In this document: positions 9,014-18,066 of the stretch, piece by piece
Numbering within the stretch: the first letter of the stretch is position 1
Layout of the letters: each line of letters starts with the position of its first letter
Source: Anaerolineae bacterium
GTDB lineage: Bacteria > Chloroflexota > Anaerolineae > Epilineales > Epilineaceae
Direction: 5' to 3'
Assembly: GCA_038913135.1 (NCBI GenBank)
Contig: JBCLES010000012.1
Span: 1,036-65,035, forward strand
DNA length: 64,000 nucleotides
Position numbers and translations under genes: made by a program
The notes under the pieces: generated by a model
Told to the model about the DNA's origin: nothing
What the model saw: the letters and a program-made list of their open reading frames with translations, nothing else
Database searches by the model: none

Positions 9014-12000
9014 TCACCGATTGCGGAGTAGAAGCGGCAACCAGACTCGCACCGGCCGAGTGTTGGCCCGTCCGGGGCTGCCGTTCGAGCGGAGCGCGAT
9101 CCAATTCGTCGGATCGTTCCCGTAAACCAGCGCATCGACCCGTTCGAGCGATTCGCCATGTACGGCTCGCGAACCGGGCCACGGCGACTCCATCGCATAC
9201 TTCACGCGATCGATGACCACCCATGGGCCATCCTCGACGGTCGCCGACGAACCTTCAGGCGGAGCGACCAGCACGATCTCGCCGGTGGCACGGCCTAGAG
9301 TTCCCTCCCATGGCCCGAGCACCTGCACATCATCCGGCACGGAATGCAGGGTTCGGAAAACGCTTGGCTCTACGGAAGTCAGAAGCAGGAACTCGCCCGG
9401 ATACATGACGAACCCCGGCGGAAAGTGCACGATAACCGAACCGATTGCCGCCCACTTGCCGGTCGCGTCGCCATCGCCACCGCCCAGAGCCACCGGAGCA
9501 TCAGAAACGTTCAATAGCTCGACGAATTGAGGGTTTATCCCGCTCGGCCGAGCCAAGATCTCATTTATTACAACCGGCCCAATTGAGGGCGGCGCGTTCG
9601 TCGCGCCGTCGCCCGCACGAAATGTTTCGACGGTGTCAGGCGCGGACACACCGAACGTCGGCGTCACCAGCGCCGTGAAGTCGATGCCGCCAGCCGTCAC
9701 CAACCGACCGAACGAGACGTTCTGACGCGAAGCGAGGAATCGGGCGCGCCGGAAGTAACCGGTCGGCGCGCCGGAAGCGTCCGCGGAACAGAGAGTGACC
9801 TCCTCCCCATCCGCGCCGAAAGCAAAGCCCGCTCCGCCGGCCGCATTGCGCAGATCCGCCTCATAGAAGGCTGCGTATCCGCCAGGTTCGATAATCGTCC
9901 CGTCCGGAATCCTGAACTTGCGGGGCTCGTCCCGATCGTCCGAAAGGTACCACCCGCCGACGTCGACGGCGCCTTCGACCGAAGGATTGTGGAGTTCGAT
10001 AGCATCCTCGTAGGGAGGGTCCGAGCTGGCGAGAACCTCGCTTATCACCACGCGGCCGTCGAAGGCCGGCGCCCGATCGGGCCCGCCGGGCGAACCGCCG
10101 GGTCTTTCGCTTGCGCGCCAGCTTTCAGCATTCCGGGGAGGGATAGCCGGGTCGCGGAGGACCAAGGAATAGCCCAGACCGGCCGGCATCAGCGGCCAGA
10201 AATCGTCGTCGAGATATTTAGCCGACCAGATGACCGCTCCGTTCGGTGCGACGAGCGTGATCCGTTCCCCGCTGTTGGAAAGCCGGCCGTCGTATTCGCC
10301 ATGTACGCGCACGAGTGGGTGGCGGTCAACGAGCGCTGAGGGATCCATGGCCAGGACGAGCCGCCGGCCCGGCTCCAGCGTCGTCCCTTCCGCAAAGGTG
10401 AGAGTGACGCCATCCCGCACCGACACGCCGCTCAAGTCAGCGGTTATAGGCTCGAGGTTGACTATCTCGAGCCACTCCAAATCCGGGTTATCGGTCGGAT
10501 GGTACATCACCTCGGATACCGCAAGCCGCGGCGTACCAAGGGTCACTTCGGCGGCGGCGCTCCAGAGCCCTTCCGCCGTGCGAAGGCGTGCAACGATCTT
10601 GGTCAACCTGTTGGACGGCACGCCGATCGGCCCGCGATACTCACGGGCGCCGGGCGACAGGACAGCGCCGTGCCAAAGGCGTTCATCCGTCCACGCCTTT
10701 CGTGGATCGGAGCCGTCCAAGGTGTAGTAGAGCGTGCCTTCGCTGACCTGGCCCCAGCAGCCTTCGGCCAGCAGGTCGAGTGAGACAACGAAGCCTGAAC
10801 GAGACGTAGATTCTCCGGCCGCCCCGCGGATGCGCGGCGAACTGACCGGTGGAAAAAGTCCCGCGGAGCATAGCTGTTGAAGCAGATCGCCCGATCGGCT
10901 GGGAAAGAATTCCGAAAGCACCTGGTCGCGTTGAGGACGCCAATGGTCGTCGAGCGTCCACGTATTACCAAGAATCGGATGTATGAAAGCCCAATTCTCG
11001 CTTCGGGTCCTGTCGCCGAATGTAACGTCGCCCCACCGCGCCGATTCCCCGACGATTGCCCGTTCAACTCGGGCCGCGATCCTTTCATATCGCGCCGATG
11101 CATTCGCCGGTGCGAGTGCGCCGTCCTCGAAGAGATGCTTCCTGGCCCGATCGGCGAATGCAAGTCGGTACTCGGGGCTTCTGAGGAGCCATCCATGCAG
11201 GCCGGCGGCGCCTTCGGTTTCCACATGTTGTCCGCAACGCCTGGTCCCACACGTATCTGCGCCCGGCTTGTCGCTGCACGGACCACAGAAGTCGCCTTCC
11301 CGGCGGAGAGGAAGAACCTGTTCGTAATCCCACACAAAGAAACGGAAGCCGTCGTCACCGGCGCGGCTGCGCATCGCCGTCCAATTGTTATGCGGCCAGT
11401 CCCAATTGTCGCCATAGAGCTGGATAAGTGTGTAGTCGATGTAGTGATTCATTTCCAGGAACGCTTCCGCGAGCGAATAAGTGTCGCGATCGATCGCGCC
11501 GCCCGGTGCGCTTTCCCTCAGCGCCAGCAAGGACCTGAAGGCAATCGCATCGCCATCGTCCACCCGCCATCCGTCGGGACCTGCGTCAACGTCGGCCGCG
11601 ATCACGTCCCAATCGTCCTCTTGGCCGCCCATGTGATCGGCGCCGAAGGCGTCGTCAAGCTCCTCGGTCACGTTGTACAGTCCCCAATAGAGCCCGTTGA
11701 GGTACAGGTGCGCCCAAGTGCCCCTGGATGTCGCCGACCCCATATCGCCTTGCGTCTCCCGCCCCCATTCGTCGTGAATGTACTGCGCCTTACCCGCGAA
11801 GTAGTGGAGCGTATCCGCTTGGCCGGCGCGGAGGCGGAGTGCGTCAAAGCTGGTCGAACCTTCCCGCTCGAACAAGGGATAACTCAGCCGTCCTGAGCCA
11901 TACTCGCTCCGGAACCGGAGGCTGAAGGAGTGCTTGGCCATTCCGTCCGGCTTGCGGCCCCATCCGCCCGCTATACGAATGCCGGCATCGATCTGGAAGC

Positions 12001-12751
12001 CGGGATCCCCGTCAGCGCGCAACCATTCGGCCGAAGCAGGCCTTTCCCAAGGCCGTTCGACGATGCCGGTAGTCGGGTCGATCCACGACCCTTTTTCCAT
12101 AGGATGCGAATAGATGCCCAGAGTACCCGACTCAACCCCGAACAGGTCATCCGGATCCATCACGATCGAGATGCTCGGAATGCTCAGCAGATCGTCGCGG
12201 ATCGTCTCTCTGTATCGCGGATCCGCCAGCGTAATCCGGGTGTCCATGGCGTAGTCGGCTGGTACTGGTCGTCCAACCGATCGGCCCTCGGGATACGTGC
12301 CCCAAGTGTCCGGATAGCCTGGAGGTGCGCCAGGCTGGACGACGATATCATCCAGGAAGAGATAAGTCATCGTCATAGTAGGAGAGGGTCGATACCCGCT
12401 TCTAAAGGCAGCGGCGCGCACGACTGTGGTACTTTCTATCCGGATGGGTCCTACGTAGACTTCACCATGATCCGGTCGCGGCGCAGTGCCGTCGAGGGTG
12501 TAGCGGATCATCGCGTCTGGGAAATCTACGGAAAGATCGAGATCGAATGGCGCGTCGACAAACCCGTGTTCGCGGCTCGCGGAGATTGCCGGTAAGCCGC
12601 GGATGACGCTGCCGTTGACCGCTATCGGAAAGTAGAGCGGTCCTTCAGCGGCATGAGCTACCGTCCGCGGACAGACGAGCGGGCTAGCAGTTAGACAGGC
12701 GATTGCGATCACCGCAACATGCCTGCGATTCAAGCCCCAATTACCGCTCAT
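9014..12751 (-). CDS. CotH-family atypical protein kinase with lamin-tail (LTD) domains and N-terminal chitobiase/Fn3-like domains; secreted
   Basis: CotH core (…HDEWGRETQGDMGSATSRGTWAHLYLNGLYWGLYNVTEELDDAFGADHMGG…WDVIAADV…). Two LTD motifs (AVSEVMYHPTDNPDLEWLEIVN…, VVISEVLASSDPPYEDAIELHNP…GGWYLSDD). Signal peptide MSGNWGLNRRHVAVIAIACLTASPLV with GGGAG upstream of the ATG at 12751. Confidence 0.85.
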   Translation of the reverse strand: MSGNWGLNRRHVAVIAIACLTASPLVCPRTVAHAAEGPLYFPIAVNGSVIRGLPAISASREHGFVDAPFDLDLSVDFPDAMIRYTLDGTAPRPDHGEVYVGPIRIESTTVVRAAAFRSGYRPSPTMTMTYLFLDDIVVQPGAPPGYPDTWGTYPEGRSVGRPVPADYAMDTRITLADPRYRETIRDDLLSIPSISIVMDPDDLFGVESGTLGIYSHPMEKGSWIDPTTGIVERPWERPASAEWLRADGDPGFQIDAGIRIAGGWGRKPDGMAKHSFSLRFRSEYGSGRLSYPLFEREGSTSFDALRLRAGQADTLHYFAGKAQYIHDEWGRETQGDMGSATSRGTWAHLYLNGLYWGLYNVTEELDDAFGADHMGGQEDDWDVIAADVDAGPDGWRVDDGDAIAFRSLLALRESAPGGAIDRDTYSLAEAFLEMNHYIDYTLIQLYGDNWDWPHNNWTAMRSRAGDDGFRFFVWDYEQVLPLRREGDFCGPCSDKPGADTCGTRRCGQHVETEGAAGLHGWLLRSPEYRLAFADRARKHLFEDGALAPANASARYERIAARVERAIVGESARWGDVTFGDRTRSENWAFIHPILGNTWTLDDHWRPQRDQVLSEFFPSRSGDLLQQLCSAGLFPPVSSPRIRGAAGESTSRSGFVVSLDLLAEGCWGQVSEGTLYYTLDGSDPRKAWTDERLWHGAVLSPGAREYRGPIGVPSNRLTKIVARLRTAEGLWSAAAEVTLGTPRLAVSEVMYHPTDNPDLEWLEIVNLEPITADLSGVSVRDGVTLTFAEGTTLEPGRRLVLAMDPSALVDRHPLVRVHGEYDGRLSNSGERITLVAPNGAVIWSAKYLDDDFWPLMPAGLGYSLVLRDPAIPPRNAESWRASERPGGSPGGPDRAPAFDGRVVISEVLASSDPPYEDAIELHNPSVEGAVDVGGWYLSDDRDEPRKFRIPDGTIIEPGGYAAFYEADLRNAAGGAGFAFGADGEEVTLCSADASGAPTGYFRRARFLASRQNVSFGRLVTAGGIDFTALVTPTFGVSAPDTVETFRAGDGATNAPPSIGPVVINEILARPSGINPQFVELLNVSDAPVALGGGDGDATGKWAAIGSVIVHFPPGFVMYPGEFLLLTSVEPSVFRTLHSVPDDVQVLGPWEGTLGRATGEIVLVAPPEGSSATVEDGPWVVIDRVKYAMESPWPGSRAVHGESLERVDALVYGNDPTNWIALRSNGSPGRANTRPVRVWLPLLLRNR

Positions 12752-12858
12752 CCCACACTCCCGTCGTCGGCGCGCGATGTGCCGCTCTGTTTGCAATGAT
12801 ATCAACACTCGGGCCTTACTGGCGCGGACGGCTAGTAGTCCGATATTCCATGCCCGTT

Positions 12859-12943
12859 GGTTAAGATGTGTGCCCGGTTAAACTGTTTTCATTGTTCCGG
12901 CGATAGGTTAACCATTGATCGTTGAAGGCCCTGCAAGCTTGCA
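12859..12943. promoter_or_regulatory. Candidate operator elements in the divergent CotH / VTC promoter region: three GGTTAA direct repeats and a 12-bp palindrome TGCAAGCTTGCA
   Basis: GGTTAA at 12859-12864, 12876-12881 and 12906-12911 (the last as GGTTAACC); the first two are each preceded by TGCCCG. TGCAAGCTTGCA at 12932-12943. The region is locally AT-richer than its surroundings. Confidence 0.3.
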
Positions 12944-12975
12944 TCCGCAAGCACCCGTTCGCCCACTGAGGCATC

Positions 12976-13779
12976 ATGTCGCTCTCCGGATTCGATAGAA
13001 TCGAACTCAAGTACCTGGTCGATGACGCGCAACGCCGCGCTATCACGGAGGGCTTGCGCGATTGCGTGCCCGACGCTCACGGTGACGCCAGGGGCTGCTA
13101 TCCCATAACCTCCGCCTACTATGACGGGCCGGATCTGGCGATCTACTGGGATCGCGAGCGTGGCGTCCCGTCACGGCGCAAAATACGGGTCAGGGTATAC
13201 GGCGATTCCGGTACGGCGGGGCGGCCGGCGAGCTTCCTCGAGATCAAGCACAAGTACGGCAGGCGGATCTCGAAGCGCAGAGTAGAGCTGACGGTATCGG
13301 ATGGTCTCAGGGTGGGTCGTGGACTGGAGACGACGGCTGAGCTAAGCGCGGCTGGGCGTCTTATCGTCCAAGAAGCTCAGGGCCTGGTGAAGGCGAACCA
13401 GCTCAGGCCGACTTGCTGCGTGCGCTACATTCGCCAGGCGTTTCAGGGAAGTGCACCGAATGCCGATCTCCGCGTCACGTTCGACGACACCGTCGGCTGC
13501 CGGGCGTACGATCTGATCCCGAAGGCGGACGATACCGATTATCCTGTTCCGATCTTGAGCGACGGACTGTCCATCCTCGAGATCAAAGTAGACGTCAGTG
13601 CGCCTAAGTGGTTGGCCGATCTGATCGCATCCGTCGGCTGCGTTCAGCGGCCGATGAGCAAGTACTCTTGGGCGGTTGAAGCGCTTGGCCTGGTTCAACT
13701 CTCCGGCGCGGCGACCTTCTCGATGGTGGCGGCGCGCCGACGCACCGCGATCGAAGCACCGACCGGAGCACGTTCGTGA
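12976..13779 (+). CDS. VTC-domain (CYTH-like, polyphosphate-polymerase-type) protein
   Basis: N-terminal RIELKYLV (E-x-K of the CYTH/VTC fold), and ASFLEIKHKYGRRISKRRVE, which resembles the Vtc4 catalytic-domain family. Confidence 0.8.
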   Translation: MSLSGFDRIELKYLVDDAQRRAITEGLRDCVPDAHGDARGCYPITSAYYDGPDLAIYWDRERGVPSRRKIRVRVYGDSGTAGRPASFLEIKHKYGRRISKRRVELTVSDGLRVGRGLETTAELSAAGRLIVQEAQGLVKANQLRPTCCVRYIRQAFQGSAPNADLRVTFDDTVGCRAYDLIPKADDTDYPVPILSDGLSILEIKVDVSAPKWLADLIASVGCVQRPMSKYSWAVEALGLVQLSGAATFSMVAARRRTAIEAPTGARS

Positions 13780-14474
13780 CCGAACTGGAGCAGCTCTTCA
13801 TGCCACCGACAACAACCGCTCCCACGGCATCGCCCTTGACCGTGACGCTCGCCATATTGCTCGCTTTCGTGCTCACGCTGCTAATCGGCGCAGTGTATCA
13901 GCGCACCCATCGCGGCACGCGCTACAGTCAAGACTTCGTGCACGCCCTGGTGCTGCTCGGGACGCTCGTGACCGTGGTGATCATGGGCATCGGGCAGAAC
14001 ATAGCTGCCGCCTTCGGCATCTTCGCGGCCTTTTCGATCATTCGCTTTCGGCGCTCCCTGCCGGAGGCGCGCGACATCGGCTTCGTGTTCTTCGCGATGT
14101 CGGTCGGTCTAGCGGTCGGTTCGGGCGCCTTCGTGCTCGCGATAGTAACGACCCTGCTGGTGTCGCTCTTCGCCGTTTTGCTGGCCCGATTCGATCTATT
14201 CGCGCCTGAGCGTGCAAGCCATATCCTGAGAGTCCGTGTCACCAACGACATCGATTTCGAGGATGCGTTCGAGGAGCCCCTTCGCACGTTGGCGGCGGCT
14301 GTCTCTCTGATCTCGGTCGAATCCGTTCAGGCGGGGATGATGACCGAAGTGCGATATGCTATCCGCTTGGCTGACGGTGTGTCGCCACGCGACGTCGTCA
14401 CGGCATTCCAGGAGCGCAACGGCAACAATCGGGTGATCCTGGCCGCGACGGACCTTGAGCTAGATACCGACTGA
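13776..14474 (+). CDS. DUF4956-family membrane protein
   Basis: Polytopic membrane N-terminus with the IIRFRRSL motif typical of DUF4956. GTG start overlaps the VTC stop (GTGA). Confidence 0.8.
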   Translation: MTELEQLFMPPTTTAPTASPLTVTLAILLAFVLTLLIGAVYQRTHRGTRYSQDFVHALVLLGTLVTVVIMGIGQNIAAAFGIFAAFSIIRFRRSLPEARDIGFVFFAMSVGLAVGSGAFVLAIVTTLLVSLFAVLLARFDLFAPERASHILRVRVTNDIDFEDAFEEPLRTLAAAVSLISVESVQAGMMTEVRYAIRLADGVSPRDVVTAFQERNGNNRVILAATDLELDTD

Positions 14475-14486
14475 TCGGACGCGGTC

Positions 14487-17057
14487 ATGACGACTAAGCC
14501 CGAAGGTGATTCCCAATTGTCGCCGCCCAGTTTACAGTCAGGGGCGAAGTCGGCTCGCGGGTCGGGGCGGGGCCGTTTGGGGAAGGGCCGTTGGGGCAGA
14601 CGTCCTGGTCGACCGATCTTCGTCAATCCCCGCTTCGCCAAATTGTGGCGCGACCTGACACTCCGCCGCACGCGTACCATCCTCGTCGTCGTTTCGATCG
14701 CGGTCGGAGTCTTCGGGCTTGGCGTGATAACAGGCACGCGGCAGATTCTCGACCGCGAGCTTGCGGCCGGCTTTGCCGCCATCAACCCGGCAAGCGCCAC
14801 CTTCACTACGATCGAGCCGTTTGGCAACGACTTCGTCGAGAGCATCGAGAGCATGCGCGAAGTCGGCGTCGCGGAAGGACGCAGTTCGGTCCTCGTCCGG
14901 GTTGAAACCGAGCCCGGGGTGTGGCGCGACGTCCAGCTCAACGTGATCCCCGACTTCGAGAACATCAAGACCGATCGGGTCTCTCCCGACGCCGGTGCTT
15001 GGCCACCACCTGAGCGCGAGCTACTCGTCGAGCGCTCCGCGCTGCGACTCGTCGGCGCTGAAGTCGGGGACATACTGCGGATCAAGATGCCGGACGGACG
15101 GCTCCGCGACATGAAGCTGGCCGGCACGGCGCACGATCTGTTCGCTCTTCTCTATGCGCTAGACGGCGTCGCTTGGGGCTATGTGACCTTCGACACGCTC
15201 GAATGGCTCGGCCACGACCGCAGCTTCAACGAGCTCAGAATCGTCCCGGCGGAAGGCCGGGATAATCGCGAGCATGTCGAGGAAGTCGCCAAGGTCGTGC
15301 GCGACAAGATCGAAAATAGCGGTCGCTCGATCTATTTCATGTCCCTTCCGGAGCCCGGCCAGCATCCTTTGAGTACGACCATCCAGGCCATCCTCCTCCT
15401 TCTGGGTGCGATGGGCGCCCTGGCTCTAGGTCTGAGCGGCCTACTCGTAACCAATACCATCTCTGCGATCGTCGTCCAGGAGACTCGCCAGATTGGCATC
15501 ATGAAGACGATAGGGGCGAGGCAGAGCCAAATCGTCTGGATGTATTTGGGACTCGTCGCTGCATATGGCGTGCTGGCGATACTGGTCGCAGTTCCGCTCG
15601 GTATGCTCGGAACGCGCGCGTTCACGCTGATGATCGCAGGCTTCCTAAACTTCGACATCGAAAGCGCTTCCATGCCGCCCTCCGTGATCCTGCTCCAAGT
15701 AAGCGTCGCCATCCTTGTCCCCATCGTGGCGGCGTTGCCGCCGGTCCTCAAAGGCTCGCGGATCAGCGTTCGTCAGGCGATCGCGGCGTATGGGCTCGGG
15801 CAAGGTCGTTTTGGGACCGGCCGCACCGAGAACCTGGTGCAGCGCATTCTGGATCGAGTCCCGCGGTTGATGGGTCGCATCCCGCGGCCGACTTTGCTTT
15901 CTCTGCGCAACACCTTCCGGCGCAAAGGCCGACTCGCCCTCACCTTGACGACTCTCACGGTCGCCGGATCGATCTTCATGGGCATCTTCAGCATCAGGGA
16001 GAGCCTACTTGGGACGCTCGACGAAGTGCTCGAGATCTGGCAATACGATCTTTGGGTGATGTTGGAGCACCCATACCGTAGCGACCACCTGACGAGTACG
16101 GCGATGAGCGTGCCCGGCGTGGTCGACGCAGAAGGCTGGGGCTTCGCCTCGACGCGCTTGGTTCGCAAGGACGGCGAGGACGAGTTGGGTGACGCCATGT
16201 TCGGATTCATCATCCCGACCATGCTCATGGAGCCGCCTGCGGAGACGGAACTCCTGGCCCCGACCATGTTGCGAGGGCGTTGGCTTCTGCCCGAAGATGA
16301 CAACGCGATCGTAGTAAATTCGGAGGTGCTCAAACGGCAACCGGGTGTCGATCTAGGCGACACCGTCACATTGAAGCTCGGGGGGCGCGACTCGGACTGG
16401 GTTATCGTCGGGGTGGCGCAATCTCCATTCCCAAGTCCGATCGTCTATGTCCCTTACCCGCACTACGCGCGGACGACCAACGATGCTGAGCGCGCCGGCA
16501 CCATGATGGTCCTCACTGCGGAGCACGACCTATCGAGCCAGCTGGCGACGGCAACGGAGCTCGAGGACGCGCTACAGCGGGCCGGGGTCGACGTGACCGG
16601 CATCTTCAAGATGGCCGAAGAGCGTTCCGAAGCCGAGTCGACGTTCACTTCGATAATCACGCTGCTCTTGATGGTCGCCGTTCTCCTAGCCGTAGTCGGG
16701 GGCCTCGGCCTGATGGGGACGATGAGCCTCAATGTTATCGAGCGCACCCGTGAAATCGGAGTGATGCGCGCCATCGGCGCCTCGACGAGATCGGTCCTGC
16801 AGATCGTCATCGTCGAAGGCGCCCTAATCGGCGGGATGAGCTGGGCGCTCGGCGCCATTTTCTCTATCCCGCTCACCATCGTACTCGGCAACGCGATCGG
16901 CAATGCGCTGCTTCAGATCCCACTATCCTTCACTTTCTCGGTCACCGGCGCGGTCATCTGGCTGGCTACGGTGATGATCCTGTCGTTGGTTGCCAGCCTC
17001 ACGCCGGCATGGAACGCGTCTCGGGTTAGCGTTCAAGAATCGCTTGCCTACGAATAG
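14487..17057 (+). CDS. ABC-type permease with two FtsX domains (MacB/YbbP-like), no adjacent ATPase
   Basis: 856 aa. N-terminal LRRTRTILVVVSIAVGVFGLGVI, and a second FtsX module near the C-terminus (TREIGVMRAIGASTRSVLQIVIVEGALIGG). Starts 13 nt downstream of the DUF4956 gene. Confidence 0.8.
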   Translation: MTTKPEGDSQLSPPSLQSGAKSARGSGRGRLGKGRWGRRPGRPIFVNPRFAKLWRDLTLRRTRTILVVVSIAVGVFGLGVITGTRQILDRELAAGFAAINPASATFTTIEPFGNDFVESIESMREVGVAEGRSSVLVRVETEPGVWRDVQLNVIPDFENIKTDRVSPDAGAWPPPERELLVERSALRLVGAEVGDILRIKMPDGRLRDMKLAGTAHDLFALLYALDGVAWGYVTFDTLEWLGHDRSFNELRIVPAEGRDNREHVEEVAKVVRDKIENSGRSIYFMSLPEPGQHPLSTTIQAILLLLGAMGALALGLSGLLVTNTISAIVVQETRQIGIMKTIGARQSQIVWMYLGLVAAYGVLAILVAVPLGMLGTRAFTLMIAGFLNFDIESASMPPSVILLQVSVAILVPIVAALPPVLKGSRISVRQAIAAYGLGQGRFGTGRTENLVQRILDRVPRLMGRIPRPTLLSLRNTFRRKGRLALTLTTLTVAGSIFMGIFSIRESLLGTLDEVLEIWQYDLWVMLEHPYRSDHLTSTAMSVPGVVDAEGWGFASTRLVRKDGEDELGDAMFGFIIPTMLMEPPAETELLAPTMLRGRWLLPEDDNAIVVNSEVLKRQPGVDLGDTVTLKLGGRDSDWVIVGVAQSPFPSPIVYVPYPHYARTTNDAERAGTMMVLTAEHDLSSQLATATELEDALQRAGVDVTGIFKMAEERSEAESTFTSIITLLLMVAVLLAVVGGLGLMGTMSLNVIERTREIGVMRAIGASTRSVLQIVIVEGALIGGMSWALGAIFSIPLTIVLGNAIGNALLQIPLSFTFSVTGAVIWLATVMILSLVASLTPAWNASRVSVQESLAYE

Positions 17058-17959
17058 TCCTTCCGGACTATCCATGTCGCGCACTCCGCACCGCGCAGCA
17101 CCCGATCGGCAACGCTGCCGAGAAACCAACGATCGAGCCCGGTGCGCCCATGGCTCGACATCACTATAAGACCGGCGCCATGCTCCGATGCCGCGTCGAT
17201 AATGCCATCCGCCACCGTACCTTCGAGGACCGGCTCGACATCCGTCTCGACGGTGATACCGCTCGCCATCAGAGCATCCGCCTTTTCGGCAAGATACTCC
17301 TCCGCTGCAATCGCCGAATCGCGCAGCTGCTCCGGTATCCACCCCGCGGTCTCCGGCAGTACGGTCAAGTAGCCGGGAACGACCGGCACCCTAACTAAAT
17401 GGAGCGTTCCCCCCACGCTCGAGGCAATTCGCTCAGCGGGTTTGAGTGCGAATTCAGAAAGCGCCGAACCGTCGAGCGGTACCAGGATGTTCGAAAAGTC
17501 CGGAGCCGAATCCGCGGCTTGCGTCTGCGATCTGACGATGTAAGTGGCCACCTTCGCTCCACGCACCAATCGCTCGGCGACGCTGCCCATCACCCAGCGC
17601 GCCGGCCCGGTTCGGCCGTGAGTCGTCATCACGACGAGATCGATCCCTTCGGCATCGATCAAGTCGACTAGAGATTCGACAACCGGATACCCGGGCGTTC
17701 GCGACTCGACGGCTATTCCGTCGAGCAAGGGGCGGGAAGCCACTACTTTCAAGTAACTCTCGGCCTCCGCGTGCGCCTCTTCGGTCTCCATGACACGCGT
17801 GATCCAGACGCCCGCGCTCATCACCGGTACAATCGTGGATTCAGGCACCCGTGCGAGCACGATCGATGCTCCGAAAATCCTCGCCACGGCCGCCGCATGG
17901 CCAAGCGCCCCTTCGGCGACCGCGGAGCCATCGAGCGGAACCATCACTCTAGTCGTCAT
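17048..17959 (-). CDS. Universal stress protein, tandem UspA domains
   Basis: Two repeats of the USP fold (MVPLDGSAVAEGAL…; ILVPLDGSALSEFAL…), each with a C-terminal GSVA(D/E)RVLR motif. Confidence 0.85.
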   Translation of the reverse strand: MTTRVMVPLDGSAVAEGALGHAAAVARIFGASIVLARVPESTIVPVMSAGVWITRVMETEEAHAEAESYLKVVASRPLLDGIAVESRTPGYPVVESLVDLIDAEGIDLVVMTTHGRTGPARWVMGSVAERLVRGAKVATYIVRSQTQAADSAPDFSNILVPLDGSALSEFALKPAERIASSVGGTLHLVRVPVVPGYLTVLPETAGWIPEQLRDSAIAAEEYLAEKADALMASGITVETDVEPVLEGTVADGIIDAASEHGAGLIVMSSHGRTGLDRWFLGSVADRVLRGAECATWIVRKDYS

Positions 17960-18066
17960 GAAATGCCTCGCATCAGGGAGTCCAAGGAAGTGGATCGAAC
18001 TTTTCTAAGGCGGTCGCGAGTGTACTGATCAGGAAAACGGTCTGGCAACCTTTCCGAAACGTAACC

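Noticed and set aside
10877-11896. 339-aa + strand ORF (and several others) antisense to the CotH gene
   Set aside because: The CotH reading frame on the minus strand is continuous for 1245 codons with recognisable domains. The antisense ORFs lack motifs.
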